Part shown: positions 49,100-60,414 of the stretch, in pieces
How positions within the stretch are numbered: the stretch's first letter is position 1
How the letters are laid out: every line of letters starts with the position of its first letter
From: Geopsychrobacteraceae bacterium
GTDB lineage: Bacteria > Desulfobacterota > Desulfuromonadia > Desulfuromonadales > Geopsychrobacteraceae
Reading direction: 5' to 3'
Assembly: GCA_963665685.1 (NCBI GenBank)
Contig: OY762430.1
Location: 91,838-155,837 of the forward strand
Length of the DNA: 64,000 bases
The notes under the pieces: model-generated
Databases searched by the model: none
What the model saw: the letters and a program-made list of their open reading frames with translations, nothing else
Told to the model about the DNA's origin: nothing
Position numbers and translations under genes: made by a program

Positions 49100-50890
49100 A
49101 TGGTAAAAGGTTTTTCCTTATGTATCTTTATCAGCGTTCTTGGGTTGTGCTGTGTTACTGACGCTTTGGCATCGACCAGTGCTGGCGATCTCAGTTGGTG
49201 GGGCATGGCCATGGGAGTTTGTGGTGGTTTAGCTCTTTTTCTTCTTGGTATGGGGCATTTAACCGATGCGCTAAAGGCTGCAGCAGGTAAGCAACTCCAG
49301 CTCATTTTGACACGTCTGACAGGTAACCGGTTTATGGGGGCGATTGTTGGCGCTTTTACAACCGGGGTCATTCAGTCTTCGTCAATCACCACTGTCCTTG
49401 TGGTTGGTTTTGTCAGTGCCCAGGTAATGACCCTCAGTCAGGCCATAGGCGTTATCATGGGAGCCAATATCGGCTCTACGGTAACTGCTCAGATTATAGC
49501 TTTTAAGGTCACTCATCTTGCTCTGGCTTTTGTCGCCTTGGGGTACTTGCTCGCACAATTATGCCGCCGTGATGTGGTTAAACACCTTGGTGGTGTGCTG
49601 CTCGGTCTGGGAATGATTTTTCTGGGCATGAATGTCATGAGTGAGGCAATGTCTCCATTGCGTTCTTTTCAGCCATTCATTGATCTTATGGCTAGTGTCG
49701 ATAATCCGTTCTGGGGCTTGCTGATTGGGGCAGCAATCACCGCGCTTATTCAGTCTTCTGCAGCCACAACCGGTATTGTTATTATGTTGGCAAGCCAGGG
49801 CGTTATGCCGTTAATTACCGGAGTAACAATCGCCCTGGGAGCAAATATCGGGACCTGCGTAACTGCACTACTGGCAACCATAGGGCGGCCTCGTGTTGCT
49901 TTGCGGGCTGCGGCTGTTCACGTTACATTTAACCTTGCTGGTGTCGCTTTGTGGGTCATGTTTATTGATCATCTAGCTGCCCTCGCTGTTATGGTTTCTC
50001 CAGGCTACCCTGATTTAACCGGAGTTGCACAGTTGGCGGCTACGGCCCCGCGTCAGATTGCAAACGCAAATACCCTCTTTAATGTCATTAATACCATATT
50101 ATTTATTGGCCTTACCCCGATGTTCGAGCGTTTCGTTTTGTGGCTTATCCCTCCTTCTTTACAATTGCTACCGCCCGCGGGCCAACCCCAGTTTTTAGAG
50201 CAAAGGTTATTGGAGACTCCTGCTGCGGCTCTTAAAATGGTGCGTCTGGAGATTGGCCGTCTTGGCGAGCAGGTGTTGCTGATAATGCTAAAAGTTAAGC
50301 CGCTTCTTGAATCGCCAGATTTGCAGGAAATCAAAGATATAAAGCAGGCTGATGACGCTATCGATGCGTTGCATAATGCTATTATGGAGTATCTTAACCT
50401 GATCGGTAAGCGGGAATTAACCGATGCTGAAATCACCGAATACTTTCAGTTGCTTCAGGTGGTTGAATTGCTGGAAGGGATCGGTGATATCTTTGAAGGT
50501 GAAATTACTAAGTTGGGGACCCGCATGGCAGACCAGCACATATTGCCGAGTGTTGCTATGCGTGAACTATTGGAAGTGTTGTACGGGCGTGTCTATACCG
50601 CAGTAAAAATGGTTATTCAGGCGGCTGTGAAAAATGAACCTGATGCTGCTCGCCAAGTATTAAATATGCGTAATAAGATCGATTCTGCTGCCAATGACGC
50701 TTTTGCGCATCAAGCGTCCAGTCTGGCTACGAGCCCTGCCGAAAGGCTTACGATTTTACAGGTTGAGTTTGAACTTGCGGACCAGTTAAAGAGAATCTAT
50801 TCGGTATGTAAGCGAATTGCGCGCCTATTTGGTGACTTTGATAATGGTGATAATGGTGCAAGTGAAATAAATTCTCCAATTGGCCGTTGA
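49100..50890 (+). CDS. Na+/phosphate cotransporter family protein (NptA/YjbB-like, with PhoU-like C-terminus)
   Basis: GGLALFLLGM, IQSSSITT, IMGANIGST, repeated IQSSAATT..LGANIGT; helical cytoplasmic C-terminal domain. Confidence 0.92.
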   Translation: MVKGFSLCIFISVLGLCCVTDALASTSAGDLSWWGMAMGVCGGLALFLLGMGHLTDALKAAAGKQLQLILTRLTGNRFMGAIVGAFTTGVIQSSSITTVLVVGFVSAQVMTLSQAIGVIMGANIGSTVTAQIIAFKVTHLALAFVALGYLLAQLCRRDVVKHLGGVLLGLGMIFLGMNVMSEAMSPLRSFQPFIDLMASVDNPFWGLLIGAAITALIQSSAATTGIVIMLASQGVMPLITGVTIALGANIGTCVTALLATIGRPRVALRAAAVHVTFNLAGVALWVMFIDHLAALAVMVSPGYPDLTGVAQLAATAPRQIANANTLFNVINTILFIGLTPMFERFVLWLIPPSLQLLPPAGQPQFLEQRLLETPAAALKMVRLEIGRLGEQVLLIMLKVKPLLESPDLQEIKDIKQADDAIDALHNAIMEYLNLIGKRELTDAEITEYFQLLQVVELLEGIGDIFEGEITKLGTRMADQHILPSVAMRELLEVLYGRVYTAVKMVIQAAVKNEPDAARQVLNMRNKIDSAANDAFAHQASSLATSPAERLTILQVEFELADQLKRIYSVCKRIARLFGDFDNGDNGASEINSPIGR

Positions 50891-50948
50891 CAATAGCTTC
50901 AATTCGCGTAAATATCAGCGCTTTGTTCAAATTACGAAAGGGTTGTTT

Positions 50949-51701
50949 ATGGCCAAAGCAACAGCAATTATTCCGGCTCGCTACGCATCGACACGGTTTC
51001 CTGGTAAGCCTCTGGCTATATTGGCTGGTAAGCCTATGATTCAACATGTTTGTGAACGTGTTGCTCAGGCAAAAGGCGTGAGTAGGGTTATCGTTGCTAC
51101 TGATGATCAGCGGATTTTCGATGTTGTTCAGGGCTTTGGTAGCGAAGTTTTTATGACTCGCGATGATCATCCGACGGGTACGGATCGCCTGGCCGAGGTT
51201 GCTGCGCAAATTGAGGCTGACCTGATCGTTAATGTTCAGGGTGATGAGCCGCTGGTTGATCCGCGCATGGTTGACGAGGCTGTTGCCCCTTTGTTGGCAG
51301 ATGATACGATTCAGATGGGGACGGTTGCTGCTCAAATTGACAATATTGATGATTTTTATAATCCTAATGTTGTTAAGGTTGTGCGTGCTCAGGATCATTT
51401 TGCCATGTATTTTTCTCGTGCCCCTATTCCATGGCCACGCGATTATAACAAAGAGGCTTTAACTGCATTGCTCCCTTCAAGTCAATATTTGCGTCATATC
51501 GGGTTGTATGTCTATCGGCGTCAGTTATTGCTTGATTACCCGACCTGGCCAAAAACTCCTGTTGAGTCGTTGGAAAACCTGGAACAGCTCCGGGCTCTGG
51601 AACGGGGTATTCGTCTCTATGTCGCGGAAACCAGTTTTAATTGTCATGGTGTTGATACTCCTGCCGATCTGGAGCGGGTACAAGCTCTTTTGGTGTCGTG
51701 A
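50949..51701 (+). CDS. kdsB: 3-deoxy-manno-octulosonate cytidylyltransferase
   Basis: IIPARYASTRFPGKPL, VNVQGDEP, YFSRAPIP, HIGLYVY, LEQLRALE. Confidence 0.97.
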   Translation: MAKATAIIPARYASTRFPGKPLAILAGKPMIQHVCERVAQAKGVSRVIVATDDQRIFDVVQGFGSEVFMTRDDHPTGTDRLAEVAAQIEADLIVNVQGDEPLVDPRMVDEAVAPLLADDTIQMGTVAAQIDNIDDFYNPNVVKVVRAQDHFAMYFSRAPIPWPRDYNKEALTALLPSSQYLRHIGLYVYRRQLLLDYPTWPKTPVESLENLEQLRALERGIRLYVAETSFNCHGVDTPADLERVQALLVS

Positions 51702-51765
51702 AAAAGCAGTGATTAGAGTTGCTTAGCTGTCTATTCTAAGTGTGGTCGGTTTTTTGCATAAAGGG

Positions 51766-51794
51766 TTTCCATAGCTGGTAAATCCGTGTAGAAT
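51766..51794 (+). promoter_or_regulatory. Possible sigma70-type promoter for pyrG-kdsA
   Basis: TTTCCA-17 bp-TAGAAT. Confidence 0.5.
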
Positions 51795-51855
51795 CATGAA
51801 GCTGCTTATGCAGTATTTATAAACATAATCATTCAGTCAGAAACGGAAAAAGTAG

Positions 51856-53460
<1,605 letters not shown>

Positions 53461-53462
53461 TA

Positions 53463-54287
53463 ATGAATCAAGTGAATGTCGGGCCGGTTACTTTTGGTGG
53501 CTCAAAGCAGTTGGTTCTTATTGCCGGACCATGCGCTATTGAAAGTGAAGCCTTAGTCTTACGCACTGCTGAGGCATTAAAAGAGATCACTTCCTCAGTT
53601 GGTTGTGAACTAATTTTTAAATCCTCTTACGATAAGGCCAACCGGACTTCAGTGACATCTTTTCGTGGCCCCGGGATTGACGAAGGTCTGCGTATTTTGC
53701 AGCGGGTCAAAACTGAATTTGAGTTGCCGGTAATTTCCGATGTCCATGATATTTCGCAAATTATGCCTGCTGCTGAAGTTCTGGATATCATCCAGATTCC
53801 TGCCTTTCTTTCACGGCAAACTGATTTGCTGGTCGCTGCCGGTGAAAGTGGTAAGGTGATCAACGTGAAAAAGGGGCAGTTTCTTGCTCCTTGGGATATT
53901 CAGCATGGTATCGGTAAGCTCGAGAGCACTGGCAACAAGAATATTTTGTTAACCGAGCGTGGAGTTTCTTTCGGTTATAACAATCTGGTTACTGATATGC
54001 GTTCCTTGGTGATTATGCGCGAAACCGGTTATCCTGTTATTTTTGATGCGACCCATTCCGTTCAATTGCCGGGTGGCGCTGGAGGTTCTTCAGCCGGGCA
54101 ACGGCAATATGTCGGGGCCTTGTCCCGTGCCGCTGCTGCAACTGGTATAGATGGTCTGTTTTGGGAAGTCCATGAAGACCCTGAACATGCTTTGTGTGAT
54201 GGTCCGAATTCTCTTCCTCTTAGTCAGGTTAAGGAAATGCTCAAGCAGATTCTGGCCTTTGACGCCATCTTTAAGCAGTCGGTCTAA
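53463..54287 (+). CDS. kdsA: KDO8P synthase
   Basis: IAGPCAIE, FKSSYDKANRTS, QIPAFLSRQTDLL, NVKKGQFLAP, FDATHSVQ. Confidence 0.98.
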   Translation: MNQVNVGPVTFGGSKQLVLIAGPCAIESEALVLRTAEALKEITSSVGCELIFKSSYDKANRTSVTSFRGPGIDEGLRILQRVKTEFELPVISDVHDISQIMPAAEVLDIIQIPAFLSRQTDLLVAAGESGKVINVKKGQFLAPWDIQHGIGKLESTGNKNILLTERGVSFGYNNLVTDMRSLVIMRETGYPVIFDATHSVQLPGGAGGSSAGQRQYVGALSRAAAATGIDGLFWEVHEDPEHALCDGPNSLPLSQVKEMLKQILAFDAIFKQSV

Positions 54288-54297
54288 GGTTTATCTC

Positions 54298-55260
54298 ATG
54301 AAAGATACCGCCAAGAGGGTTTTGCAGATTGAGGCAGATGCTGTGCTTGCTTTACAAGAACGAATTGATGAGCACTTTGAAACGGCCGTCCAGATTGTCC
54401 TTGGGTGTCAGGGAAAGGTTGTTATTACCGGTATGGGGAAATCGGGCCTGATCTGTCAAAAAATAGCTGCAACTATGGCCTCAACTGGTACCCCGACGTT
54501 CTTTCTTCATCCCGCTGAAGGGATTCATGGCGATCTCGGAATGCTGTCCAAAGGTGATATTGTTATCGCTGTTTCCTACTCAGGAGAAACTGACGAGGTC
54601 TGTCGTATTTTACCTGTCATTAAGCGGATGGGGCTACCCCTGATCACCATGTCGGGAAACCCGCAAAGTACTCTTGGCGTTGCTGGTGATGTTCACCTTA
54701 ATGTTCATGTTGAGGAGGAGGCTTGCCCGCTGGGATTAGCACCAACAGCCAGTACTACAGCTACTTTAGCTATGGGAGACGCTCTGGCGGTTGCTTTGTT
54801 GGATCAGCGAGGCTTCAAGGCTGAAGACTTTGCCATGTTTCATCCCGGTGGTTCACTTGGGCGCAAGCTTCTGCTGCGCGTTGAAGATATGATGCATTCT
54901 GGTAGTGAGGTTCCGCTGGTTAAAACAACAACGCTGGTGCGAGAAGCTTTGTTTGAAATTACCAGTAAAAAGCTCGGAGTGACCGGGGTTGTAAATGCAC
55001 AAGGCGTGCTAGTGGGGGTGTTTACTGATGGTGACTTACGTCGTCTGATGGAAACAGGCCTGGATAGTCTGGAAGCTCCAATAGGTGATGTTATGTCGCG
55101 TTCTCCAAAACGTATTCTACAACGTAATTTAGCAGCCAAGGCTGTTCAGGTTATGGAAGCCAATTCAATTACATCACTGTTTGTCTTTGCTGATGAAGAG
55201 GAGCAGATCCCTGTCGGGATTATTCATCTGCATGATCTGCTTAAATCTGGAGTTGTGTGA
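54298..55260 (+). CDS. kdsD: Arabinose-5-phosphate isomerase (KpsF/GutQ family)
   Basis: TGMGKSG, HPAEGIHGDLG, EACPLGLAPTAST, FHPGGSLG, CBS pair; ATG 54298. Confidence 0.96.
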   Translation: MKDTAKRVLQIEADAVLALQERIDEHFETAVQIVLGCQGKVVITGMGKSGLICQKIAATMASTGTPTFFLHPAEGIHGDLGMLSKGDIVIAVSYSGETDEVCRILPVIKRMGLPLITMSGNPQSTLGVAGDVHLNVHVEEEACPLGLAPTASTTATLAMGDALAVALLDQRGFKAEDFAMFHPGGSLGRKLLLRVEDMMHSGSEVPLVKTTTLVREALFEITSKKLGVTGVVNAQGVLVGVFTDGDLRRLMETGLDSLEAPIGDVMSRSPKRILQRNLAAKAVQVMEANSITSLFVFADEEEQIPVGIIHLHDLLKSGVV

Positions 55261-55778
55261 TGGAAAATAAGCTTGCTGTTATAAAAATGCTGGTGCTTGA
55301 TGTTGATGGCGTTCTTACTGATGGTCGTATTATTTATGACAACGAAGGCAACGAGATGAAATCCTTCGACGTCAAAGATGGTCACGGTCTAAAAATGTTG
55401 CAACGAGCCGGAATTAAAATCGGCATAATAACCGGTCGATCTTCTGCTGTTGTTCAGCGCCGTTCTGAGGAACTTGGCCTGGATGCGCTTTTTCAAGGGG
55501 CTTTAAAGAAGCTCGATCCGTATGAGGAAATCAAAAAAGAATTTGGTTTAACCGATGAGCAGATAGCATATGTTGGTGATGATCTAGTGGATCTGCCCAT
55601 TTTGCGCCGGGTTGGTTTTAGTGCTACCGTGGCTGATGCTGTGCCTGACTTATTCCCTTTGGTGGACTATGTCTGTGAGCGTCATGGTGGGCGTGGCGCA
55701 GTTCGGGAAATATGCGATATGCTTTTAAGAGCTCAAGGCCAGTGGGATGAACTGACCCAACGCTATTTTGTCGCTTAA
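55257..55778 (+). CDS. kdsC: KDO8P phosphatase (HAD)
   Basis: LDVDGVLTDG, FDVKDG, YVGDDLVD, GGRGAVRE. Confidence 0.96.
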   Translation: MMENKLAVIKMLVLDVDGVLTDGRIIYDNEGNEMKSFDVKDGHGLKMLQRAGIKIGIITGRSSAVVQRRSEELGLDALFQGALKKLDPYEEIKKEFGLTDEQIAYVGDDLVDLPILRRVGFSATVADAVPDLFPLVDYVCERHGGRGAVREICDMLLRAQGQWDELTQRYFVA

Positions 55779-55810
55779 GTCCGGGTTGTTTTGTCTCTGG
55801 AGTGATCTTC

Positions 55811-56380
55811 TTGAAGTTTAAGCATGTCCTTGCCATCGCTATTATTGCTACCGTTGTTTTTCTCGGTGTGGTAATCGTTCGTCATGTCCTGGAAGCACCA
55901 TCATTAGACGAAGAATCTCCTCTTCCTGCGAATGTTGATATTGCCTTGACGGATCTTCATTATTCACACAATGAGGATGGTGTAAAGCAGTGGTCACTCG
56001 ATGCTGACCAGGCAGAGTATCAGCGTCAGGATGGGCTTGCGCAACTTGACCATATACAACTTAACTTTTTTGCGGCTTCAGCTTTTTCTGAGGTTGTTTT
56101 GACAGCGGAACATGGGACCTTTGATCAGAATAACCAGGTTATTAAAGTTTGGGATCAGGTGGTTGTTACGACCGATCGCGGGGATCGGTTAACTCTCGAT
56201 CAGTTGCGTTATGAGCAGAAATCCCGCCAGTTGTATTCAGATGGTCCAGTTTCTTATCGATCTCCGCAGTTATTGCTGTCGGGGCAGGGCTTACATCTTG
56301 ATGTCGAAAATGGGGTCATGAAAATTCTGCATCAGGTTAAAGCTACATTAAATTCACCGTCAGATAGGTCTAAAAATTGA
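55811..56380 (+). CDS. lptC: LPS export protein LptC
   Basis: N-terminal TM followed by beta-jellyroll-like sequence (WSLDADQAEY); position kdsC-lptC-lptA; TTG 55811 is best spaced from GGAG (alternative GTG 55802). Confidence 0.85.
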   Translation: MKFKHVLAIAIIATVVFLGVVIVRHVLEAPSLDEESPLPANVDIALTDLHYSHNEDGVKQWSLDADQAEYQRQDGLAQLDHIQLNFFAASAFSEVVLTAEHGTFDQNNQVIKVWDQVVVTTDRGDRLTLDQLRYEQKSRQLYSDGPVSYRSPQLLLSGQGLHLDVENGVMKILHQVKATLNSPSDRSKN

Positions 56381-56883
56381 AACGTTGTGCGTTAGTTATA
56401 GTCTTTCTTATCTGTTGCCTGACCACTTCTGTTTGCTTTGCTGCCGAACCTTTGGCTGGCATCAGTTTTGATCAGCCGCTTGAAATTTCTTCAGAGAGCT
56501 TGGCTGTTTATCAGAATGAACAAAAAACTGTTTTTTCCGGGCAAGTTGAAGCCGTACAGGGCGATTTTAAGCTGACAACTGATCGTCTGACGGTGTTCTA
56601 TAATCAGGAGCAGAGTCAGATAGCTCGTCTTGAAGCCGATGGGTCGGTTCAGGTCGTCCAGCTAGACCGTGAGGCTAGCGCTGATCATGCTCGTTTTATT
56701 CAGGCTGAGCAATTGCTGGTGTTGACGGGGAATGCTATATTACGTCAAGGTAGTAATCAGGTTGCCGGAGAAGAAATTATTTTTGATCTGGCTAAAAATA
56801 CCAGTACCGTTAAAAGCTCTGCCGGGGGGCGGGTTAAAGCGACAATTTTACCGCCAACCAAAAAAGAAAGTAGTAACCCGTGA
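56377..56883 (+). CDS. lptA: LPS export periplasmic protein LptA
   Basis: Signal peptide, PLEISSESL, FSGQVEAVQGD, LTGNAILRQG, GGRVKATILP. Confidence 0.9.
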   Translation: MKRCALVIVFLICCLTTSVCFAAEPLAGISFDQPLEISSESLAVYQNEQKTVFSGQVEAVQGDFKLTTDRLTVFYNQEQSQIARLEADGSVQVVQLDREASADHARFIQAEQLLVLTGNAILRQGSNQVAGEEIIFDLAKNTSTVKSSAGGRVKATILPPTKKESSNP

Positions 56884-57604
56884 CTCGAAGCTTACGTGCT
56901 GTTGATCTGCATAAAAGTTATACTGGTCGCCAGGTTGTAGGAGGCGTAAGTCTCGAGGTCTCTTCCGGCCAGGTTATCGGCTTGCTGGGACCCAACGGTG
57001 CAGGGAAGACAACGAGCTTCTATATGGTTGTTGGTCTTGCTCAACCTGATCAGGGTGGGGTCTTTCTGGATGATAAAAATATCACTGCTGTGCCTATGTA
57101 TCAGCGGGCCAGAGCGGGATTTCTTATCTGCCTCAGGAAGCATCTGTGTTTCGTAAGTTAAGTGTAGAAAACAACTTACTTGCTATTCTTGAAACCATCG
57201 GTTTGAGCAGCGTTGATCAACAACGACGCCTTGAAGAACTTCTTGATGATTTAAATATCGGGCACATTCGTCATTCAATGGGGTATGCCTTGTCGGGGGG
57301 GGAGCGCCGACGTGTTGAAATTGCGCGATCATTAGTTCTCGAACCTGATTTTTTGCTTTTGGATGAACCTTTTGCTGGTATTGATCCTATCGCAGTTATC
57401 GATATCCAAAATATTATTGTTCAGCTGAAAGAACGTGGTATCGGTATTCTCATTTCTGATCATAATGTTCGTGAAACCTTAGGGGTATGTGATCAGGCTT
57501 ATATTCTTAACCAGGGCCAGGTTCTTGAGTTTGGCACTCCTGATGCTATTGCTGAAAGTCCAGTGGCCAGGGAAATCTATCTGGGGGAAAAATTTAGACT
57601 TTAA
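56880..57604 (+). pseudogene. lptB: LPS export ABC ATPase LptB, split by a 1-bp frameshift (likely sequence error)
   Basis: 5' part has GPNGAGKTT; 3' part has [28 protein letters not shown]; restoring one G in the GGG run at 57116-57118 gives continuous [19 protein letters not shown]. Confidence 0.92.
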
Positions 57605-57633
57605 AAATCGGCTGGTTACCTTGCCGATTTTTT
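57603..57633 (+). terminator. Possible intrinsic terminator between lptB and rpoN
   Basis: AAAAATCGGC-TGGTTACCTT-GCCGATTTTT followed by T. Confidence 0.65.
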
Positions 57634-57720
57634 GAAAGGGAACTAATTGATAGCTGATCGTCTTCGTCTCTGCTATTGTGTGTATTACCTATTAACTTTT
57701 AACTGGATTAGAACAAAATT

Positions 57721-59169
57721 ATGGCTCTAGATCTGCGCTTACAAGTTAAACTCAGTCAGCAGCTGGTCATGACGCCGCAACTCCAGCAAGCGATTAAATT
57801 GTTACAACTTTCGCGTATGGAGTTGGTGGATGTCGTTAACCAGGAATTAGCTGAAAATCCTTTGCTAGAAGAAGGGCAGGATGCCAAAGAGGAACGAGAA
57901 GATTCCTCCTTGACTGAGGAAAACTCTGAAACTTTTGAAGCTCCACCCGAGCAGGAAATCAAGGGTGAAGATGAAGGTATGGGGGACATTGACTGGCAGA
58001 CGTACCTCGAAGGTTATAATCTTTCCAGTAGTGATAGTCGTGATAGTTACGAGGACCTTGAAGAGCGACCTTCTTATGAAAGTTTGTTGACCAAACAGAA
58101 TAGCCTTCACGATCATCTCATGTGGCAATTAAGTTTGTCGCCATTTACCGAAGAGGAACTGGTTGTTGCCGGAGAAATTATTGGTAATCTGGACGAGTCT
58201 GGCTATCTGAAATCGAATATAGAAGAACTTGTCGAAATTACTCAGCAGGAGCCTGAATTTGTCGAAGCTGTGTTGTATAAAGTTCAGGAGTTCGATCCGG
58301 CCGGAGTTGCCTGCCGCGATTTACAGGAATGTCTGATCTTACAGCTTGAGCGGGTTGATCTGGACGAATCTTTAGCCGCGGATATCCTTAATAATTGTCT
58401 AACTGAGTTAGAGGGTCGTAAATATCCTGTCATCGCTAAAATGCTCAAGGTTTCGGTTGATGAGGTTCTTAGTGCCGCTAAGCTGATTTCTGAACTTGAT
58501 CCCCGTCCCGGGCGTGCCTATAACGAAGAGGAGATCCATTATATATCTCCAGATATTTTCGTGCATAAGGTCGGTGATGATTATGTTGTGACTCAGAATG
58601 ATGAGGGCTTACCTAACCTGCGTATCAATTCCTTTTACCGTAACGCATTAAGTGATAGTACTAGCGTTGACAAGAAGGCCGGGGAATACATTCAGGATAA
58701 AATGCGCAGTGCTGTTTGGCTAATAAAAAGTATTCATCAACGCCAGCGAACCATTTATAAGGTGACCAAAAGTATTGTTAAGTTCCAGCGGGAATTTTTT
58801 GATCATGGCATTGAACATTTAAAGCCGTTAGTGTTACGAGATGTAGCTGAAGATATTGAGATGCATGAATCAACGGTTAGCCGTGTCACCACAAACAAAT
58901 ATGTACAGACACCACAAGGCTTGTTTGAGCTGAAGTTCTTTTTTAATAGTGGTATCAATACTGCCGATGGGGATGCTGTCGCTTCTGAGAGTGTCAAAAG
59001 CCGGATTAAAGAAATTATTGCCGGGGAAGATCCTAAAAAACCATTTTCTGACCAGAAAATAGTCACTTTACTCAAAGAGCAGGATATAAATATTGCCCGG
59101 CGAACTGTGACAAAATATCGTGAAATGCTCGGCCTTGGATCTTCGACCGAACGGAAACGACTTTTCTGA
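57721..59169 (+). CDS. rpoN: RNA polymerase sigma-54 factor
   Basis: MTPQLQQAIKLLQL, MHESTVSRVT, RpoN box ARRTVTKYRE. Confidence 0.99.
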   Translation: MALDLRLQVKLSQQLVMTPQLQQAIKLLQLSRMELVDVVNQELAENPLLEEGQDAKEEREDSSLTEENSETFEAPPEQEIKGEDEGMGDIDWQTYLEGYNLSSSDSRDSYEDLEERPSYESLLTKQNSLHDHLMWQLSLSPFTEEELVVAGEIIGNLDESGYLKSNIEELVEITQQEPEFVEAVLYKVQEFDPAGVACRDLQECLILQLERVDLDESLAADILNNCLTELEGRKYPVIAKMLKVSVDEVLSAAKLISELDPRPGRAYNEEEIHYISPDIFVHKVGDDYVVTQNDEGLPNLRINSFYRNALSDSTSVDKKAGEYIQDKMRSAVWLIKSIHQRQRTIYKVTKSIVKFQREFFDHGIEHLKPLVLRDVAEDIEMHESTVSRVTTNKYVQTPQGLFELKFFFNSGINTADGDAVASESVKSRIKEIIAGEDPKKPFSDQKIVTLLKEQDINIARRTVTKYREMLGLGSSTERKRLF

Positions 59170-59272
59170 TCATTTTTAATCCCAGGGGGGGATGTGTGAC
59201 GCGTAATTCTGCGTTATAATTATAGATAAAACAGGTTCTATACCAGAATCTGTGCTAGCAAGGAGGCTGCTT

Positions 59273-59821
59273 ATGCAAATAACCGTTACCTTTCGTCATA
59301 TGGAAAGCAGTGAAGCCGTGCGCAGTTATGTCGAAGAAAAACTCGCTCGTGTAAAAAAGTATATTGATGAGCCAATTGATGCTCAAGTCGTTTTATCTGT
59401 TCAAAAAAAGATTAACCACCGTGCTGAGGTAACTATGGTCGCCAAAGGTTTGACTATGAAAAGCATGGAGGAGAAAGATGATATGTACGCTGCCATCGAC
59501 TTGATGGTCGATAAGATTGAACGGCAGTTAAAAAAGTACAAAGAAAAACTTAAGCAACATAAAGGTTCTAGCGAGAACCAGCGTCTCGTTGCTAAATCAG
59601 TGCTTTCCGCAGAAAGCGTTGATGAAGGGTATGATACCCCGGAAATTATTCGCAGTAATTCTTTCTTCGTCAAACCAATGTCGGTCGAAGAAGCCGTTAT
59701 GCAGATGGATCTGCTTGATAAGGACTTCCTTGTGTTTACTGATGATCGTTCAGAAGAGATGAACGTTGTTTATCGACGTAAAGACGGCAACTATGGCCTT
59801 ATTGTGCCACAAGGAAGTTAA
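59273..59821 (+). CDS. hpf: Ribosome hibernation promoting factor, long form
   Basis: MQITVTFRHM, DMYAAIDLMVDKIERQL, C-terminal KPMSVEEAVMQM..VVYRRKDGNYGLI; ATG 59273 with GGAGG RBS. Confidence 0.95.
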   Translation: MQITVTFRHMESSEAVRSYVEEKLARVKKYIDEPIDAQVVLSVQKKINHRAEVTMVAKGLTMKSMEEKDDMYAAIDLMVDKIERQLKKYKEKLKQHKGSSENQRLVAKSVLSAESVDEGYDTPEIIRSNSFFVKPMSVEEAVMQMDLLDKDFLVFTDDRSEEMNVVYRRKDGNYGLIVPQGS

Positions 59822-59908
59822 CTATATTTAGGTAAAAATACGGGTCTGCTTCGGTATAAGTTGAAGCAGGCCCGTACTTTCTCTAGCACTAACAATAAAG
59901 AACATGTT

Positions 59909-60364
59909 ATGAAAATTTCTGAATTATTAAATCCCGAAGCTATTGTTGCCGATCTGGCTGCCAAAGACAAAAGTGGTGCCCTGGCAGAATTGACCGATGC
60001 CCTTATTACTTGTGAGCCTGGTTTAGAACGGGAAGATGTCATCGCTGTTCTGCAGGAACGCGAAAAACTTGGTAGTACCGGAATAGGAGATGGTGTTGCT
60101 ATTCCCCATGGTAAACTGCCGGGACTTTCAGATCTTAAACTTGCCTTTGGTCGTAGTCGGGGCGGGGTCGATTTTGAATCGATGGATGGCCAGCCTGCTT
60201 ATCTGTTTTTCCTTTTGGTGGCACCGGAAGAATCTGTCGGTGTACATTTGAAGACCCTGGCACGTATTTCTAAATTATTAAAAGATTCTACCGTGCGAAA
60301 GCAGCTTATCGATGCCGCTGATAGTCAGGAAATTTATCAAATCATTTTAGATGAGGAGGGGTAA
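59909..60364 (+). CDS. ptsN: PTS IIA nitrogen-regulatory (Fru/Ntr-type) component
   Basis: REKLGSTGIGDGVAIPHGK, FESMDGQP, HLKTLARIS; ATG 59909. Confidence 0.92.
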   Translation: MKISELLNPEAIVADLAAKDKSGALAELTDALITCEPGLEREDVIAVLQEREKLGSTGIGDGVAIPHGKLPGLSDLKLAFGRSRGGVDFESMDGQPAYLFFLLVAPEESVGVHLKTLARISKLLKDSTVRKQLIDAADSQEIYQIILDEEG

Positions 60365-60414
60365 CCCTCCTTGCTCCCTTAAGGCGAAATATTTTCTAGC
60401 CGCTCGAGGTCTTT

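Noticed and set aside
57114-57125. Programmed -1 ribosomal frameshift in lptB
   Set aside because: No slippery heptamer or obvious downstream stimulator; a single-base homopolymer error explains it more simply
60355-60370. GGAGGG-GTAA-CCCTCC hairpin at the ptsN stop
   Set aside because: Only 6 bp and no U-tract; at most a pause or processing site within the operon
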